Source: Spirulina sp. (GTDB lineage Bacteria > Cyanobacteriota > Cyanobacteriia > Phormidesmidales > Phormidesmidaceae). From it: a DNA stretch of 64,000 bases. This document shows positions 1 through 10,111 of the stretch, piece after piece (position 1 is the stretch's first letter; each line of letters starts with the position of its first letter). The stretch is from contig JBIPSI010000001.1 in assembly GCA_044070495.1 (NCBI GenBank), positions 96,001 to 160,000 of the forward strand, read 5' to 3'. The notes beneath the pieces were generated by a model. It was not told where the DNA came from, ran no database searches, and saw only the letters and a list, made by a program, of their open reading frames with translations. Made by a program: the position numbers and the translations under genes.

Positions 1-324
1 GCTACCTGTGAGAGCACCCTCCGCCGCCGCCAATTGCTGCATGGCCTGGGGGTCGCCCGGTGCCTGGGAGGCCGCCCGACTAGCGGTGAGGGCTGAGTTG
101 CGAGCGTTGATCACCGCCGTGAGGGTGCCCTGTTCGTGGGCCATATAGCCTTTGACGCTTTCTACTAGGTTAGGAATCAGGTCGTAGCGCCGCTGCAACT
201 GCACATCAATTTGGGCGTAGGCGTTTTTGTAGCGGTTGCGTTTGGTCACGAGCTGGTTGTAAAGGTTGGCGATCATAAACCCACCCGCCAACAGCAACAC
301 CAGCACAATAATTGTCAATCCCAT
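1..324 (-). CDS. lemA: LemA family protein (3' part runs off the window)
   Basis: Manual translation MGLTIIVLVLLLAGGFMIANLYNQLVTKRNRYKNAYAQIDVQLQRRYDLIPNLVESVKGYMAHE: N-terminal TM helix plus the LemA signature IDVQLQRRYDLIPNLV. Confidence 0.9.
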   Translation of the reverse strand, partial: MGLTIIVLVLLLAGGFMIANLYNQLVTKRNRYKNAYAQIDVQLQRRYDLIPNLVESVKGYMAHEQGTLTAVINARNSALTASRAASQAPGDPQAMQQLAAAEGALTGS

Positions 325-544
325 GGCGTTGTCCTCTGGTTTGCCTTTAAACTTCCCGCCCAGCTATCTCCAGCCCATATCCCCGCAATAAAGTGTTACG
401 CAACATCCTGGGCAACACCCTCTGTGGGAGCAACGACGTTCAGCTCTTGATACAGTGCTTTTGATCAGGTCTTAATTGATCCGTCCGTCTAAATTAAGCC
501 GTCCTTATAAATTGCCATCACGTACTGTTGAGGAGAATGGGGCC

Positions 545-1603
545 ATGCGTCGTCGTCAGGTGTTAGCGGGTTTAGGCATGACGGCGGGAATGGTGGCTTT
601 GGGCCTTCAGAATCCTAGGCAGGGCCTAGCCCAGACGCCACAGACACCCGCGCCCCTGTATCCGCCTCGGTTGGGGCCGGGGGCCACGGTGGGCATTGTC
701 AGTCCGGCGGGGGCCACCTTTGAGCCAGATCGACTGGACTTGGTGGTGGATGCCGTCACCGCCCTGGGCTGGCGACCCAAACTGGCCCCCCACGTCCTAG
801 AACGCTACGGCTATCTGGCTGGCCCCGATCAGGTTCGTGCCGCCGATATTAACGCGATGTTTGCCGACCCCAGCGTGGATGCCCTGCTGCCGGTGCGGGG
901 AGACTGGGGCAGCGCCCGCCTGTTGCCCTACCTGGACTACGACCAAATTCGGGCCAACCCCAAGGTGATCATCGGCTTCAGCGACATCACCGCCCTGCTG
1001 CTGGGCATCACCGCCAAAACGGGGCTGATCACCTTCCATGGCCCCCACGGGCTAACGGCTTGGCGAGGCGATCAGGTGGATTTTCTGCGTCGGGTGGTGG
1101 TGCAGGGAGAAGCCCTCACCTTTACCAATCCGCTGCTAGGGGCCGATCAAGATCGCCTCATGCGCGACCAGGGCCGCATCCAAACCATCACCCCCGGTCG
1201 AGCTACGGGACGGCTGATGGGCGGCAATCTATCGGTGTTGACGGGCCTAGTCGGTTCCCCCTACCTGCCCGATCTGCGGGGGGCGATTTTGTTTTTAGAG
1301 GACATTGGTGAACCGCCCTACCGGGTAGACCGCATGATCACCCAACTGAAACTGGCTGGAGCGCTGGACGGGCTGGCGGGGTTTATCTTTGGCCAATGCC
1401 GCGCCTGTGGGCCAGGGGAGGGCTATGGGTCGTTGACGCTGGCGGAAATTTTGCGCGACCACATTCAACCCCTAGGTATTCCCGCCTGGAGTGGGGCCTG
1501 GATTGGCCATGTGGAACCGATGTGGACGCTGCCCATGGGCGGACGGGTGGCGGTAGATGCGGATCGGGGTGAAATTCGTATGCTGGAGGCAGCGGTGATT
1601 TAG
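545..1603 (+). CDS. LD-carboxypeptidase (peptidase S66) with Tat-like signal
   Basis: Motifs RGDWGSARLL, IGFSDIT (catalytic Ser), LFLED, GH; likely start MRRRQVL at 545 (ORF track begins 476). Confidence 0.9.
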   Translation: MRRRQVLAGLGMTAGMVALGLQNPRQGLAQTPQTPAPLYPPRLGPGATVGIVSPAGATFEPDRLDLVVDAVTALGWRPKLAPHVLERYGYLAGPDQVRAADINAMFADPSVDALLPVRGDWGSARLLPYLDYDQIRANPKVIIGFSDITALLLGITAKTGLITFHGPHGLTAWRGDQVDFLRRVVVQGEALTFTNPLLGADQDRLMRDQGRIQTITPGRATGRLMGGNLSVLTGLVGSPYLPDLRGAILFLEDIGEPPYRVDRMITQLKLAGALDGLAGFIFGQCRACGPGEGYGSLTLAEILRDHIQPLGIPAWSGAWIGHVEPMWTLPMGGRVAVDADRGEIRMLEAAVI

Positions 1604-1694
1604 CGGCAGTGATTTAAACGATAGAAACCCCAGGGATTGGGCACCTTGAGAGAGAGGCTCAACCAGGGGCCTGTCCTGCGTTGGCCAAGGGGGC

Positions 1695-2681
1695 ATGATG
1701 AAAATTTCGGTGGTGATTCCCGCCTACAATTCAGAGGCTTGGCTAGAGCAAGCCCTCGCTAGTGTGGCTGCCCAAACCTATGCCGCCTACGAGGTGATCG
1801 GCGTAGACGATGGTTCCACCGATGCCACCCTGGCCCAGTTGCAGGCCCATCCCGTGGTGACGCGGGTGCTGCAAACCGAGCACAGTGGGCCAGCGGTGGC
1901 GCGGAATGCCGGAATTGCTGCCGCCACCGGGGACTGGGTCGCCTTTTTAGACGCCGACGACTGGTGGCACCCCACCCATTTAGACCAAGCCCGTCACCTG
2001 TTAGAGAGCGGCACCGACGTGGTGTATCTAGGGGCCGCCGAGCACTTTTCCATCAACGTGAATCGGGTGGTGTCTCGGTCGGATGTAGGGCCGTTTCAGC
2101 AGCCCACGGCGGGGCTAAACCATGGCACCTACTTTCAGCTTTACCTCAAGCATGGCCTGTTGGAGCTATCGTCCCTGGTGGCCCAGCGAGAACGACTCCA
2201 GGCCATCGGCGGCTTTGTGCCAGGGCTGCGGGGGGCCGAAGATCTCGACCTAATGCTGCGCCTGGTGCTGGATCACACCTGGGCCTACGATCCCATCCCG
2301 GCGACGGTGTATCGTTGCAACAACCCCCAAAGCTACTCTCGCACCGCCCAGGCCAGCGCCGATAGACTTACGGCCAAGCTGCGCACCTTTATCAACCATC
2401 AGCAGAGCTACGCCATCTCGCCCACCATCCTCCAGTCCCTGGCCCGCACTACTATGAGCAAGGTAGTGATGGGGTGCCCCAGGGCCGAACGTCGCCGCAT
2501 CCAAGCCCTCACCCGCCCCTACCTCTCCACCCAAGAGCACTGGATTTTTGCCCTCGCCACCGAGGTCCCCTGGGCCTACCGCTGGCTCAACGAGCTTCGC
2601 AACCGCCAGCGCCCCCCTAGCTATCGCCCCCGCCAGGTCGTCGCCCCCAGCGATTCCCGCAGTTCCCAGCCCTCACCCTAA
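1695..2681 (+). CDS. Glycosyltransferase family 2
   Basis: ISVVIPAYN, DDGSTD, ARNAG, FLDADD, ED motifs. Confidence 0.9.
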   Translation: MMKISVVIPAYNSEAWLEQALASVAAQTYAAYEVIGVDDGSTDATLAQLQAHPVVTRVLQTEHSGPAVARNAGIAAATGDWVAFLDADDWWHPTHLDQARHLLESGTDVVYLGAAEHFSINVNRVVSRSDVGPFQQPTAGLNHGTYFQLYLKHGLLELSSLVAQRERLQAIGGFVPGLRGAEDLDLMLRLVLDHTWAYDPIPATVYRCNNPQSYSRTAQASADRLTAKLRTFINHQQSYAISPTILQSLARTTMSKVVMGCPRAERRRIQALTRPYLSTQEHWIFALATEVPWAYRWLNELRNRQRPPSYRPRQVVAPSDSRSSQPSP

Positions 2682-2938
2682 ATCCCTCTCCCCAAGGGAG
2701 AGGGACTTTGAAGTGCTTCCGACTCCCCTCTCCTCCCTGGGCTACTAAGTACACACATCTTGCTTTCATGCCGCAAGTCCTAGGAGATCCCCCTAAATCC
2801 CCCTTAAAAAGGGGGACTTTGAATCCGGTTCCCCCCTTTTTAAGGGGGGCTAGGGGGGATCGATTCCCTATATCGTCTATGTCAAGGACTTATGTGTACA
2901 CGGTAGCCCTGTGGGAGAGGGATTTAGGGTGAGGGCTG
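2667..2938. repeat. Nested cyanobacterial palindromic dispersed repeat / MITE-like composite
   Basis: Perfect 26-bp outer IR 2667-2692/2913-2938; inner imperfect IR GGGCTACTAAGTACAC (2739) / GTGTACACGGTAGCCC (to 2909); innermost double hairpin 2786-2861. Confidence 0.8.
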
Positions 2939-2967
2939 CGGAGACTTGGCGATCTGCTGAGGATGGG

Positions 2968-4428
2968 TTATCGTTCATCCTTCTGTATGACGGATGACAG
3001 CGGAGAATCCAGGGATTCTGAGCGTGGCCCCCCCAGCACCGCGCCGATCAGATAGCCCGCCGTGCAGAGCAGTAGACCATACACATTCAGCCCCAAATCC
3101 ACCGCATAGCGACCGCTGCCTAGATGTACCCAGGCCGGAAAAATGGGGCTACCGATGACGTTTTCCGCCACCCGTAGCACGCCAAAGATCAGCCCTGGCC
3201 AAAAGGCGAGGTGAAAGCTGAGGGTTCCGGCCCTGGGCAGAAACGCCAGCAGAAAAATGGGAGCCAACCCCATCACCATGGTGCCGCTGATGGTGGTGGC
3301 CAAAATAATCGCAGGGCCAACCCGATCCCCCAGGTAAATGCTCAGCAGCGGCAAGTTGCCCAGCAGCGCAATGGCCAAAATCCACCAGCGCCCGATGCGG
3401 GCTTGGCCTTCGGTGGGGGCACCCTTGCGGTGGAACCAGTCTCGCGCCCCCAGTTTGGCCACGCTGGAAAAGGTGGAATCCAACGTTGACCCCGCACTGG
3501 TGAGCATGATGGCGTTGAACACCAGCAGCATCGGCAACCCAAACAAGGCCGGAACCGTGAGGCTGGGCACGCCCTCCACCCCAAAGGCCCGCGCATAGAG
3601 GCCAACGCTACTAAACAGAAAAATGAACCCGCCGCTGAGCACCCCGGCCCAGATAAAGCCCTTGACCATGGTGCGCGGCCCCGTAATAAAGGCGCGATCC
3701 GTCATCACAGGGTCGTGGAAAGGGTAGCTGAGCACCTGCACCAGGGCCAATCCGCAAAAGGTGAGGCCCGCACTGCGGGTATCGGCATCCACCACGGGTA
3801 AGCCCTGTTCCGCCAGCCCCGGCCCCAGGGTCACCAAAATCACCACCAGCAACACAGCGGCCAACACCATCTGCGCCCCATCGGTTAGCAAGCTGCTGCG
3901 CAAGCCGCCCAGCAGAGTGTAATACACCGTAAACAGCGTCACCAGCGCCGCCGCCAGCCAGTAGGCCGCACTGCCCTCTGGGCCAAAGTACAGGGAAAAA
4001 ACCTTGGTGTTTGACCACACCTCATTAATTAGGCGAATGGCGATGGCCAGCAGAAACAACCGAGCGCACACCTTGCCATATTTGCTCACCAAAAATTCGG
4101 GAATCGACCGAAAGCCGCCGCGAGTCCGCAGAAAATACAGGGCAATCGCCGCCGTGACAAAGCTGAGATAGTACAAGGCATAGCCCACCCCGCCTAGCAC
4201 CCCAAAGGCTTGACCTAGGCTGGCCGCATTGTCGATGGACTTAGCAAAAATCCAGGAAATGGCGGCACTGGCAATCAGCAACCAAACCCCAGGCGGCTGG
4301 CCTGTGGTGGATTGGCCCTCAAAAAACTCCGGCGGGCTTACCCGATTGGGCGTGGTTTGGCGCACTAAGTACAGCAAAAATCCGCAATAAGCCGCCAGTA
4401 AGCTCCAGGTTAGGGTCGTTTCAACCAT
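2968..4428 (-). CDS. Sodium:solute symporter (SSS) family membrane protein
   Basis: Many TM helices, YTLLGGLRSSLLTD and SAGSTLDS motifs; likely start MVETT at 4428 (track 4476). Confidence 0.8.
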   Translation of the reverse strand: MVETTLTWSLLAAYCGFLLYLVRQTTPNRVSPPEFFEGQSTTGQPPGVWLLIASAAISWIFAKSIDNAASLGQAFGVLGGVGYALYYLSFVTAAIALYFLRTRGGFRSIPEFLVSKYGKVCARLFLLAIAIRLINEVWSNTKVFSLYFGPEGSAAYWLAAALVTLFTVYYTLLGGLRSSLLTDGAQMVLAAVLLVVILVTLGPGLAEQGLPVVDADTRSAGLTFCGLALVQVLSYPFHDPVMTDRAFITGPRTMVKGFIWAGVLSGGFIFLFSSVGLYARAFGVEGVPSLTVPALFGLPMLLVFNAIMLTSAGSTLDSTFSSVAKLGARDWFHRKGAPTEGQARIGRWWILAIALLGNLPLLSIYLGDRVGPAIILATTISGTMVMGLAPIFLLAFLPRAGTLSFHLAFWPGLIFGVLRVAENVIGSPIFPAWVHLGSGRYAVDLGLNVYGLLLCTAGYLIGAVLGGPRSESLDSPLSSVIQKDER

Positions 4429-4908
4429 AGATGCTCTCTCAATTTCTCGCGAACACAACACAACGCCTTCCAGCATCCATCAAGATGGCAATCCAAGGCC
4501 AGAAAAACGCTGGGTTAAGCGTACGCCTCTTTGCTGAGGAGTTGCTGAGAAGGATAGATACGGCTGACCGATGATCGACCGGGTTGCGGTGCAAGAACCT
4601 AGCCCGTAGGGTAAGGGGCGGACACTGGATACCCCCAACAGGAGGGGGATTATGCGTCAAAGGTACTGGATAACACCCTCTACCATCATGTTTAACTCTC
4701 AAATCTGCAAGATAATACCCCGAAGTGGTGGCCTTATCTTGCAAAAATGATGATTAATTTCTTGAAATCTGGCTATTAAGCTGATGGGCATTGTAGAACC
4801 CACGCAGGACACTGAAAAAACTATCGCCAGTGCTCCTGCTGATAAAATCAACAATGCGCTTCTTGTTAAACGCTGTAGAGGATGTCGGCTTGCTTCATAG
4901 TTTTATTT

Positions 4909-5173
4909 TTATTGTTGTAATTGTTGCATCAGCCAAGTAACTGGATTTTCAACTAGCATAAAAATGCTTTCAGGGTTTCGCTTCACTGCTTTAAGCAAAC
5001 GATCATCGGTCGTTAGAAAAACATTCACAGAGGCCGCATGGGCAAATGCCAGGTGTAGCGCATCATATAATTTTAAGCCCAATTTCATAAAATGTTGAGC
5101 TTGTGCCTCAATACTACGTGTGAATTTGACTTCTCTGGTTGCTAGAGAGAGAATGGCTTGCAGTTGCTCTAAT
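4909..5173 (-). pseudogene. 5'-truncated PIN-domain (VapC-like) toxin remnant
   Basis: C-terminal PIN motifs DALHLA and FLTTDDRLLK; the N-terminal LD motif is missing and the frame runs directly into the DUF4926-like gene end. Confidence 0.65.
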
Positions 5174-5383
5174 CTAGGCCGTTTGAGGCAAGGGCACATG
5201 GTAAAGCTGCATCAGTTGACTAGCCTCAAGGGTTTCAACAGCGTAGGTTTTACCCTTGAGATCAACAAACTCTACTTCAAAGACCGTTGGCTCATAGACT
5301 TCGATAATGGTGCCAACTTGGCCCTTATATAAACCTAGGTCAGGTAGGTTTTTAGTCAGAGCTACTACATCTAATAATCTCAT
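5174..5383 (-). CDS. DUF4926-like small protein (copy 1)
   Basis: LLDVVAL...GQVGTIIEV...FEVEFVD..GKTYA. Confidence 0.8.
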   Translation of the reverse strand: MRLLDVVALTKNLPDLGLYKGQVGTIIEVYEPTVFEVEFVDLKGKTYAVETLEASQLMQLYHVPLPQTA

Positions 5384-5440
5384 TTGTAAACTTATCAGCC
5401 TGGTGGTTGAGGTGTTCTAATAGATCTTGCGAGTCAAGCG

Positions 5441-5647
5441 CTAAGCCGTCATGAGTTCAATTTTAGGGCTTTCACCTTCGGCTAGTTCATAATTCAGGCG
5501 TTCAAAGCCAATCACAGTACCCGCCTGATTTTTGATCAATAGCACCTCCTCCCCAGTTTCTTCGGCGATAAACTCTTCGGATGGATCGCTAAACCAGACG
5601 GTTAGGGTTTTACCAAGCTCGTCGTAGCAAATTTTCAGAGTTTCCAT
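5441..5647 (-). CDS. DUF2283-like small protein
   Basis: KICYD...TLTVWF...EEVLLIKN..G.VIGFE pattern. Confidence 0.65.
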   Translation of the reverse strand: METLKICYDELGKTLTVWFSDPSEEFIAEETGEEVLLIKNQAGTVIGFERLNYELAEGESPKIELMTA

Positions 5648-5653
5648 GATCGA

Positions 5654-6286
5654 TTACCAGGCTCTAGGCTGAAAGCTCTCATCATTGGCTAGTTCTACAG
5701 AGTCGCCGCACTGACGAATGACAAATAGACCTTTGCGGTAGGCATAGCGGTCTACGTCTTGCACAAATTCAATGGCGGCAACGGCCCCATAGATCCGATG
5801 GGAAGCGTGTTCTGGAAAGGCAATTTTCAATTTCTGAAGCTTTTCACATAGGTCATCTACATCTTGCTGGGTGAGCCGAGATTTGACTTCAATAGCCACC
5901 GCCACATCGCCATCAACGGCCAGAATATCAATTTCCATTCGGGCGGCGGGACGGGTGGATTTGGCTCGGCGATAGGTGGTTTGAATGTCTATGCCTCGTG
6001 CTTGAAATAACCGCAAGACGGCTGGTTCAACCAAGTTCTCGACGAAGGTGCCCCAGCGATCACCCAAGCGTCCGACTTCCCGGCTGGTGTTGGCGGCGAT
6101 GTTCTCCAACTTGGCCATGCGCTGCTCAAATTCTTCCCGCGAGGCTTGGGACTCGGCCATGCGGCGATCTGCTTCGGCTTTAGATTCTGCCATGCGGCGA
6201 TCAAATTCTTCTCGCGAGGCTTGGAGGTCGGCCTGGGAGGCTTTGAAGAGGTCGTAGATGTCCTGAAGGGTAACGGGATCTGCCAT
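5654..6286 (-). CDS. Coiled-coil + PD-(D/E)XK-like protein (DUF3782-type)
   Basis: Repetitive N-terminal coiled coil, WGTFVE, EIDIL...IEVKS nuclease-fold motif. Confidence 0.75.
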   Translation of the reverse strand: MADPVTLQDIYDLFKASQADLQASREEFDRRMAESKAEADRRMAESQASREEFEQRMAKLENIAANTSREVGRLGDRWGTFVENLVEPAVLRLFQARGIDIQTTYRRAKSTRPAARMEIDILAVDGDVAVAIEVKSRLTQQDVDDLCEKLQKLKIAFPEHASHRIYGAVAAIEFVQDVDRYAYRKGLFVIRQCGDSVELANDESFQPRAW

Positions 6287-6435
6287 GGATGCTTGGGAGG
6301 ATGACGATGATGCGCTTACCTTCTATTATGCCTAACCCAGATGGGATAGCGTTATGTCCTATGGCGTTAAGCTGTCCATACAATGATGATGCGCTAGGCT
6401 AGAGACGCATCCTGTTAGCTATAAGTGAGGGGACT

Positions 6436-6651
6436 GTGAAAGCCTATGAGTTTGCCGGGGAAATTTTGGCTGATGGGCAACTGAAGCTGCCGGAATCGGC
6501 TTTGGTGCAGTTAGCGGGGCATTATGCGAGGGTGATTGTGCTGGTGCCGGAGGAATTTGAAAAAGAGGAATCGGTTGAGTGGCGGGCTATGGCGGCTGAT
6601 CAGTTTTTGGCGGGTTATAGTGAAGCCGATGCCATCTATGATGCGCTTTAG
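6436..6651 (+). CDS. Putative antitoxin of the downstream PemK/MazF
   Basis: Small acidic ORF abutting the toxin; C-terminal FLAGYSEADAIYD. Confidence 0.6.
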   Translation: MKAYEFAGEILADGQLKLPESALVQLAGHYARVIVLVPEEFEKEESVEWRAMAADQFLAGYSEADAIYDAL

Positions 6652-6986
6652 TGATGACGACTTATCGACCAGGTGATGTTGTTTTGCTGGCTTTTCCTTT
6701 TACGGATGGAGTGCGACAAAAACAGCGTCCAGCCTTGGTTTTGTTAGATGCAGATGACCCAGATATTGTGGTAGCTAGAATTACCAGTCAACCCTACACT
6801 ACAGCTTTTGATGTGGCCCTTTTAGATCATGCTAAAGCGGGTTTGCTGTTGCCTTCGGTGGTGCGCTTGCATAAGCTAGCGACGCTGGAGAAAACGATAG
6901 TTAGTCGCTGTTTGGGTCATCTTTCAGCGTCAGATTGGGCCAGGGTCAAAAGTGTTCTCGATGGGCTATGGAGCCTCAGCTTGTAG
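6651..6986 (+). CDS. PemK/MazF family toxin
   Basis: GDVVLLAFPFTD...KQRPALV...ITSQ...SVVR. Confidence 0.85.
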   Translation: MMTTYRPGDVVLLAFPFTDGVRQKQRPALVLLDADDPDIVVARITSQPYTTAFDVALLDHAKAGLLLPSVVRLHKLATLEKTIVSRCLGHLSASDWARVKSVLDGLWSLSL

Positions 6987-7033
6987 ATGACTGACGGAGC
7001 AGTTAGTATGGTTACATTGTCCTGTGAGGTTCT

Positions 7034-7258
7034 GTGGTGAGTGACCATCCGTTGCTGAAAATGGAGATTTCTCAGCTTAGTGTGACTGAGCGTATTCAGT
7101 TGGCTGAGGATCTTTGGGATAGTATTCTAGCTGAGCCAGATGAATTGCCGTTGACCGATGCACAAACCCAGGAACTTGATCGACGGTTAGAGCAATATCA
7201 GGCAGATCCCAAAATAGGCGCTTCCTGGGAAGTGGTGAAAGGTAGATTAGAATTATAA
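7034..7258 (+). CDS. Addiction-module antitoxin (TIGR02574-like), no adjacent RelE/ParE
   Basis: LSVTERIQLAEDLWDSI...ELDRRL...SWEVVK. Confidence 0.8.
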   Translation: MVSDHPLLKMEISQLSVTERIQLAEDLWDSILAEPDELPLTDAQTQELDRRLEQYQADPKIGASWEVVKGRLEL

Positions 7259-7350
7259 AAATTTTATCCAGGGGTAATGATCTGATATTAAGATCAAGGC
7301 CAAGTCTAAGCCCACAAAGAAAACTCTGGTTCTTTCTAGGGAGAACGTCG

Positions 7351-7569
7351 ATGCTATCGAGTCAGTTAATTGAAACGATTGAGAAACTCTCTCCAGATTT
7401 GCAAACAAAAATCCTTCATTATGCTGAATATCTAGCGGCTAAATATGCAAAAAATCTATCCTCTGAGGCATCGCCTAGGCAATATCGCCAAGCTGGAACG
7501 ATGAAAGGAATGTTCACCATGGCTGATGACTTTGACGCGCCTTTAGAAGATCTCAAAGACTACATGTAG
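7351..7569 (+). CDS. DUF2281-type antitoxin
   Basis: AGTMKG.FTMADDFDAPLEDLKDYM C-terminus. Confidence 0.8.
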   Translation: MLSSQLIETIEKLSPDLQTKILHYAEYLAAKYAKNLSSEASPRQYRQAGTMKGMFTMADDFDAPLEDLKDYM

Positions 7570-7571
7570 CC

Positions 7572-7961
7572 ATGACTCTTCTGCTTGATACTCACGCCCT
7601 GATCTGGTTTCTCGATAACGATACCCGACTCCCTGCTCTTACCCGCACCCAAATTGAAACCACACCCACTGTTTTTGTCAGCATTGCTTCTCTTTGGGAA
7701 ATTGCTATCAAGGCCAACATTGGTAAACTCGCTCTCTCTGCCCCGTTTAGCACTCTTGAGCCTAACTTGGTAGCCTTGGGTATTACGTCATTGCCTATCA
7801 CGTTCAAAGACTTGGAGGTTTATCTATCGTTGCCTCTGCACCACCGTGATCCTTTTGACAGAGTCCTTATTGCCCAGGCTATCAATCATAATCTGTTCCT
7901 TGTCAGCCAGGATAGCCAGATGGATGCCTACCCGATCCAGCGCCTCTGGGAACCTCAGTAA
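7572..7961 (+). CDS. vapC: VapC family PIN toxin
   Basis: LLDTHALIW, SLWEIAIK, HRDPFDRVLIAQA. Confidence 0.9.
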   Translation: MTLLLDTHALIWFLDNDTRLPALTRTQIETTPTVFVSIASLWEIAIKANIGKLALSAPFSTLEPNLVALGITSLPITFKDLEVYLSLPLHHRDPFDRVLIAQAINHNLFLVSQDSQMDAYPIQRLWEPQ

Positions 7962-8041
7962 GGTTGACAGTGAAAACCAAGTGGTTATTTTGGGCAGATG
8001 CCAGCACCGCAAAAGCGTTTACGGCTAACCCCAGAACTACC

Positions 8042-8138
8042 GTAGGATGGATGATTGAAGTGTAGTCCATGCAATGAGTTTCTTAAGGAAAGAATTTCAT
8101 GAATGTTGATGCGTTACGCTGTCGCTAACGTATCCTAA
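8042..8138. repeat. Degenerate GTAG-type REP-like inverted pair
   Basis: GTAGGATG at 8042 and reverse-strand hairpin GATGCGTTACGCTGTCGCTAACGTATCCTAA at 8108-8138. Confidence 0.5.
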
Positions 8139-8303
8139 GAACTAGGGACGGCTATCCCGACTGAACCATGCTAGAAAACCGACCTTATAAATAGCCTCTA
8201 ATACGTTACATTATTACCAATATATTCTACAAGTCTTTGTCATTCGATCAAAACAGTTTCTCATGATGAATCATCCACCTATTCAGTACTGATATTAGTC
8301 TAT

Positions 8304-9083
8304 TTGAGGAAAATAAAAACTATGGAAGACAATTTCAAGAAGAGACAAGACTTAGTCAAAATAATTGAAAGACCAGCCTTAATTTTAGGCTTCATCTTAG
8401 ATTCTGCTGCTATTATTAAATGGCTCTTTAGCATAAGTTATACTGATAGCAACTTATCGAGCTTCACTAGTCCAGGAGTTGGATTTATACTATGGATTAT
8501 ACTAACCTATATATACTTCTGTTATTTAAACCTTCATTGGAAGAATAAAAGGAATAATAAAAAATACAAGAAAAAATATTCTGATGATTTTATTTCTTTT
8601 TTAACAGATGATTTGTTGTTAGATTTTTGCGAACCGCTTCTCTTACTACCTGGATTAATCACGATCATCTTTTTAGTTCTGATCGTAATTTCCGCTGATT
8701 TATTACTGCTTCTTATCTGGGCACTACCAGTTATCTTAAGCCTATATGTAAAATTATCTATTCGAGGAAAAGAGAGAATCGGCTTTGTTGCTAGAGAGAA
8801 AATAGATAATAAATGGGATAATCTGAAATATCAGATATTAATGCTTTTCGACGCAAAAAATGTTCGTTGGCTGTGCAAGGATGACATCAAATTAATTTTA
8901 ATCAGGCAAAATATACCTTTCAAAGAAGGTGTATTCTGGTATATTTTTCAACGCCTTTCAAGTGAAGAAAAAGACCTCAAATACGGGTATATACGCAACA
9001 CGCAGAATAAATCATTAGTCACTTTTGAAAAAGTCCTTGCATCCAAAAGTCGATTGCAGGAAAACTATATGTGCATAGGATAA
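8304..9083 (+). CDS. Hypothetical AT-rich membrane protein (about 4 TM helices)
   Basis: 259-codon ORF with hydrophobic segments in visibly AT-rich DNA; family not recognised. Confidence 0.6.
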   Translation: MRKIKTMEDNFKKRQDLVKIIERPALILGFILDSAAIIKWLFSISYTDSNLSSFTSPGVGFILWIILTYIYFCYLNLHWKNKRNNKKYKKKYSDDFISFLTDDLLLDFCEPLLLLPGLITIIFLVLIVISADLLLLLIWALPVILSLYVKLSIRGKERIGFVAREKIDNKWDNLKYQILMLFDAKNVRWLCKDDIKLILIRQNIPFKEGVFWYIFQRLSSEEKDLKYGYIRNTQNKSLVTFEKVLASKSRLQENYMCIG

Positions 9084-9142
9084 TTTGTTACTAACATACC
9101 ATTCATATCTGAAGTGTACATCGTTCTCTTGCACTCCACAAA

Positions 9143-9721
9143 CTATTTTCGGCTTTCCAGAGCAGAGGTGGAATTCTCTGTCATTATTCCCATTAGCTCC
9201 TTTCTTACCCTGAAGTTGTTCTCTGTAGCAATACACGCATTTAGTTTATTAAGAATATGCTCCCTAATATTGTAGTGAATAGAAAACTCTCTCTTGTAAT
9301 GTTTAAAGACTGAGATTTTGTTGTTGAAGATTGTAATAACTGCATAGGCAAATTTAAAATCATGAAGTGAGTCTGCATGAGTGATTTGAATTGCTAGAAG
9401 CTTAAGTTGTTCTGACATCTCATAAGCTTGCTCCTGATTTAGTCCATGATCTTTATAGTGAAAAAGGATTATTTCGGATAGCCATTGAGCATGTTTGGCA
9501 GCATTTTGGATTTCATGTTGAGCCTTCTCAACTGGATATAAGAGTCGGTCAAGAAGTAATTGCTTGACGTATTCGTTCTTGAGACTAGAGTTCTCAATGA
9601 TTTGAAGATCCTTCATTCTACGTTCATGTTCACGTCTATCCTTTGCACCTATCTCCTCAATGATTGAATCTAGAAGTCCTGCAATCATTGAGGCTGGCAT
9701 ATCAATACCTGAAATCATCAT
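9143..9721 (-). CDS. Hypothetical helical protein
   Basis: 192-codon ORF with AAGGA upstream; family not recognised. Confidence 0.65.
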   Translation of the reverse strand: MMISGIDMPASMIAGLLDSIIEEIGAKDRREHERRMKDLQIIENSSLKNEYVKQLLLDRLLYPVEKAQHEIQNAAKHAQWLSEIILFHYKDHGLNQEQAYEMSEQLKLLAIQITHADSLHDFKFAYAVITIFNNKISVFKHYKREFSIHYNIREHILNKLNACIATENNFRVRKELMGIMTENSTSALESRK

Positions 9722-9754
9722 GGATCAATTCCTTAAGACACGAGTAATAAGTTG

Positions 9755-10111
9755 TTAGTCGATGAAATCTACAGAAGGTGCGACTCGATAGGTAGTGACT
9801 CGTGTTCTTGAGTCATAACTGGCAGGCCACACCAGAACATAGATTTTGGTTTGGCTATTTCGATATATCCATTCTGCAGAACAAACTCGATTGCCACATA
9901 AAAGTTCGGGAAACTCAGGAGCAGGGAATTCTGCCCGGATAGGTTGCCATCCCTTGTTTAGCAACTCACTTCGATATGTCGAGTAGCTAGGCATACTATC
10001 GTAAGGAATTGAGGGGCCATCATAAGGGGATGATAGCTGAGCCTGTATTGGCTGACCAAATACCAACACTACTAAAGAGGTTACTAGTAAACCAAAAATA
10101 AATCTTTTCAA
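9755..10111 (-). CDS. Hypothetical secreted protein
   Basis: Signal peptide MKRFIFGLLV...IQA and a Cys pair. Confidence 0.6.
   Translation of the reverse strand: MKRFIFGLLVTSLVVLVFGQPIQAQLSSPYDGPSIPYDSMPSYSTYRSELLNKGWQPIRAEFPAPEFPELLCGNRVCSAEWIYRNSQTKIYVLVWPASYDSRTRVTTYRVAPSVDFID

Noticed and set aside
4430..4760. Riboswitch upstream of the sodium:solute symporter
   Set aside because: Hairpins are present but I could not match any known aptamer consensus; a cmscan against Rfam would settle it
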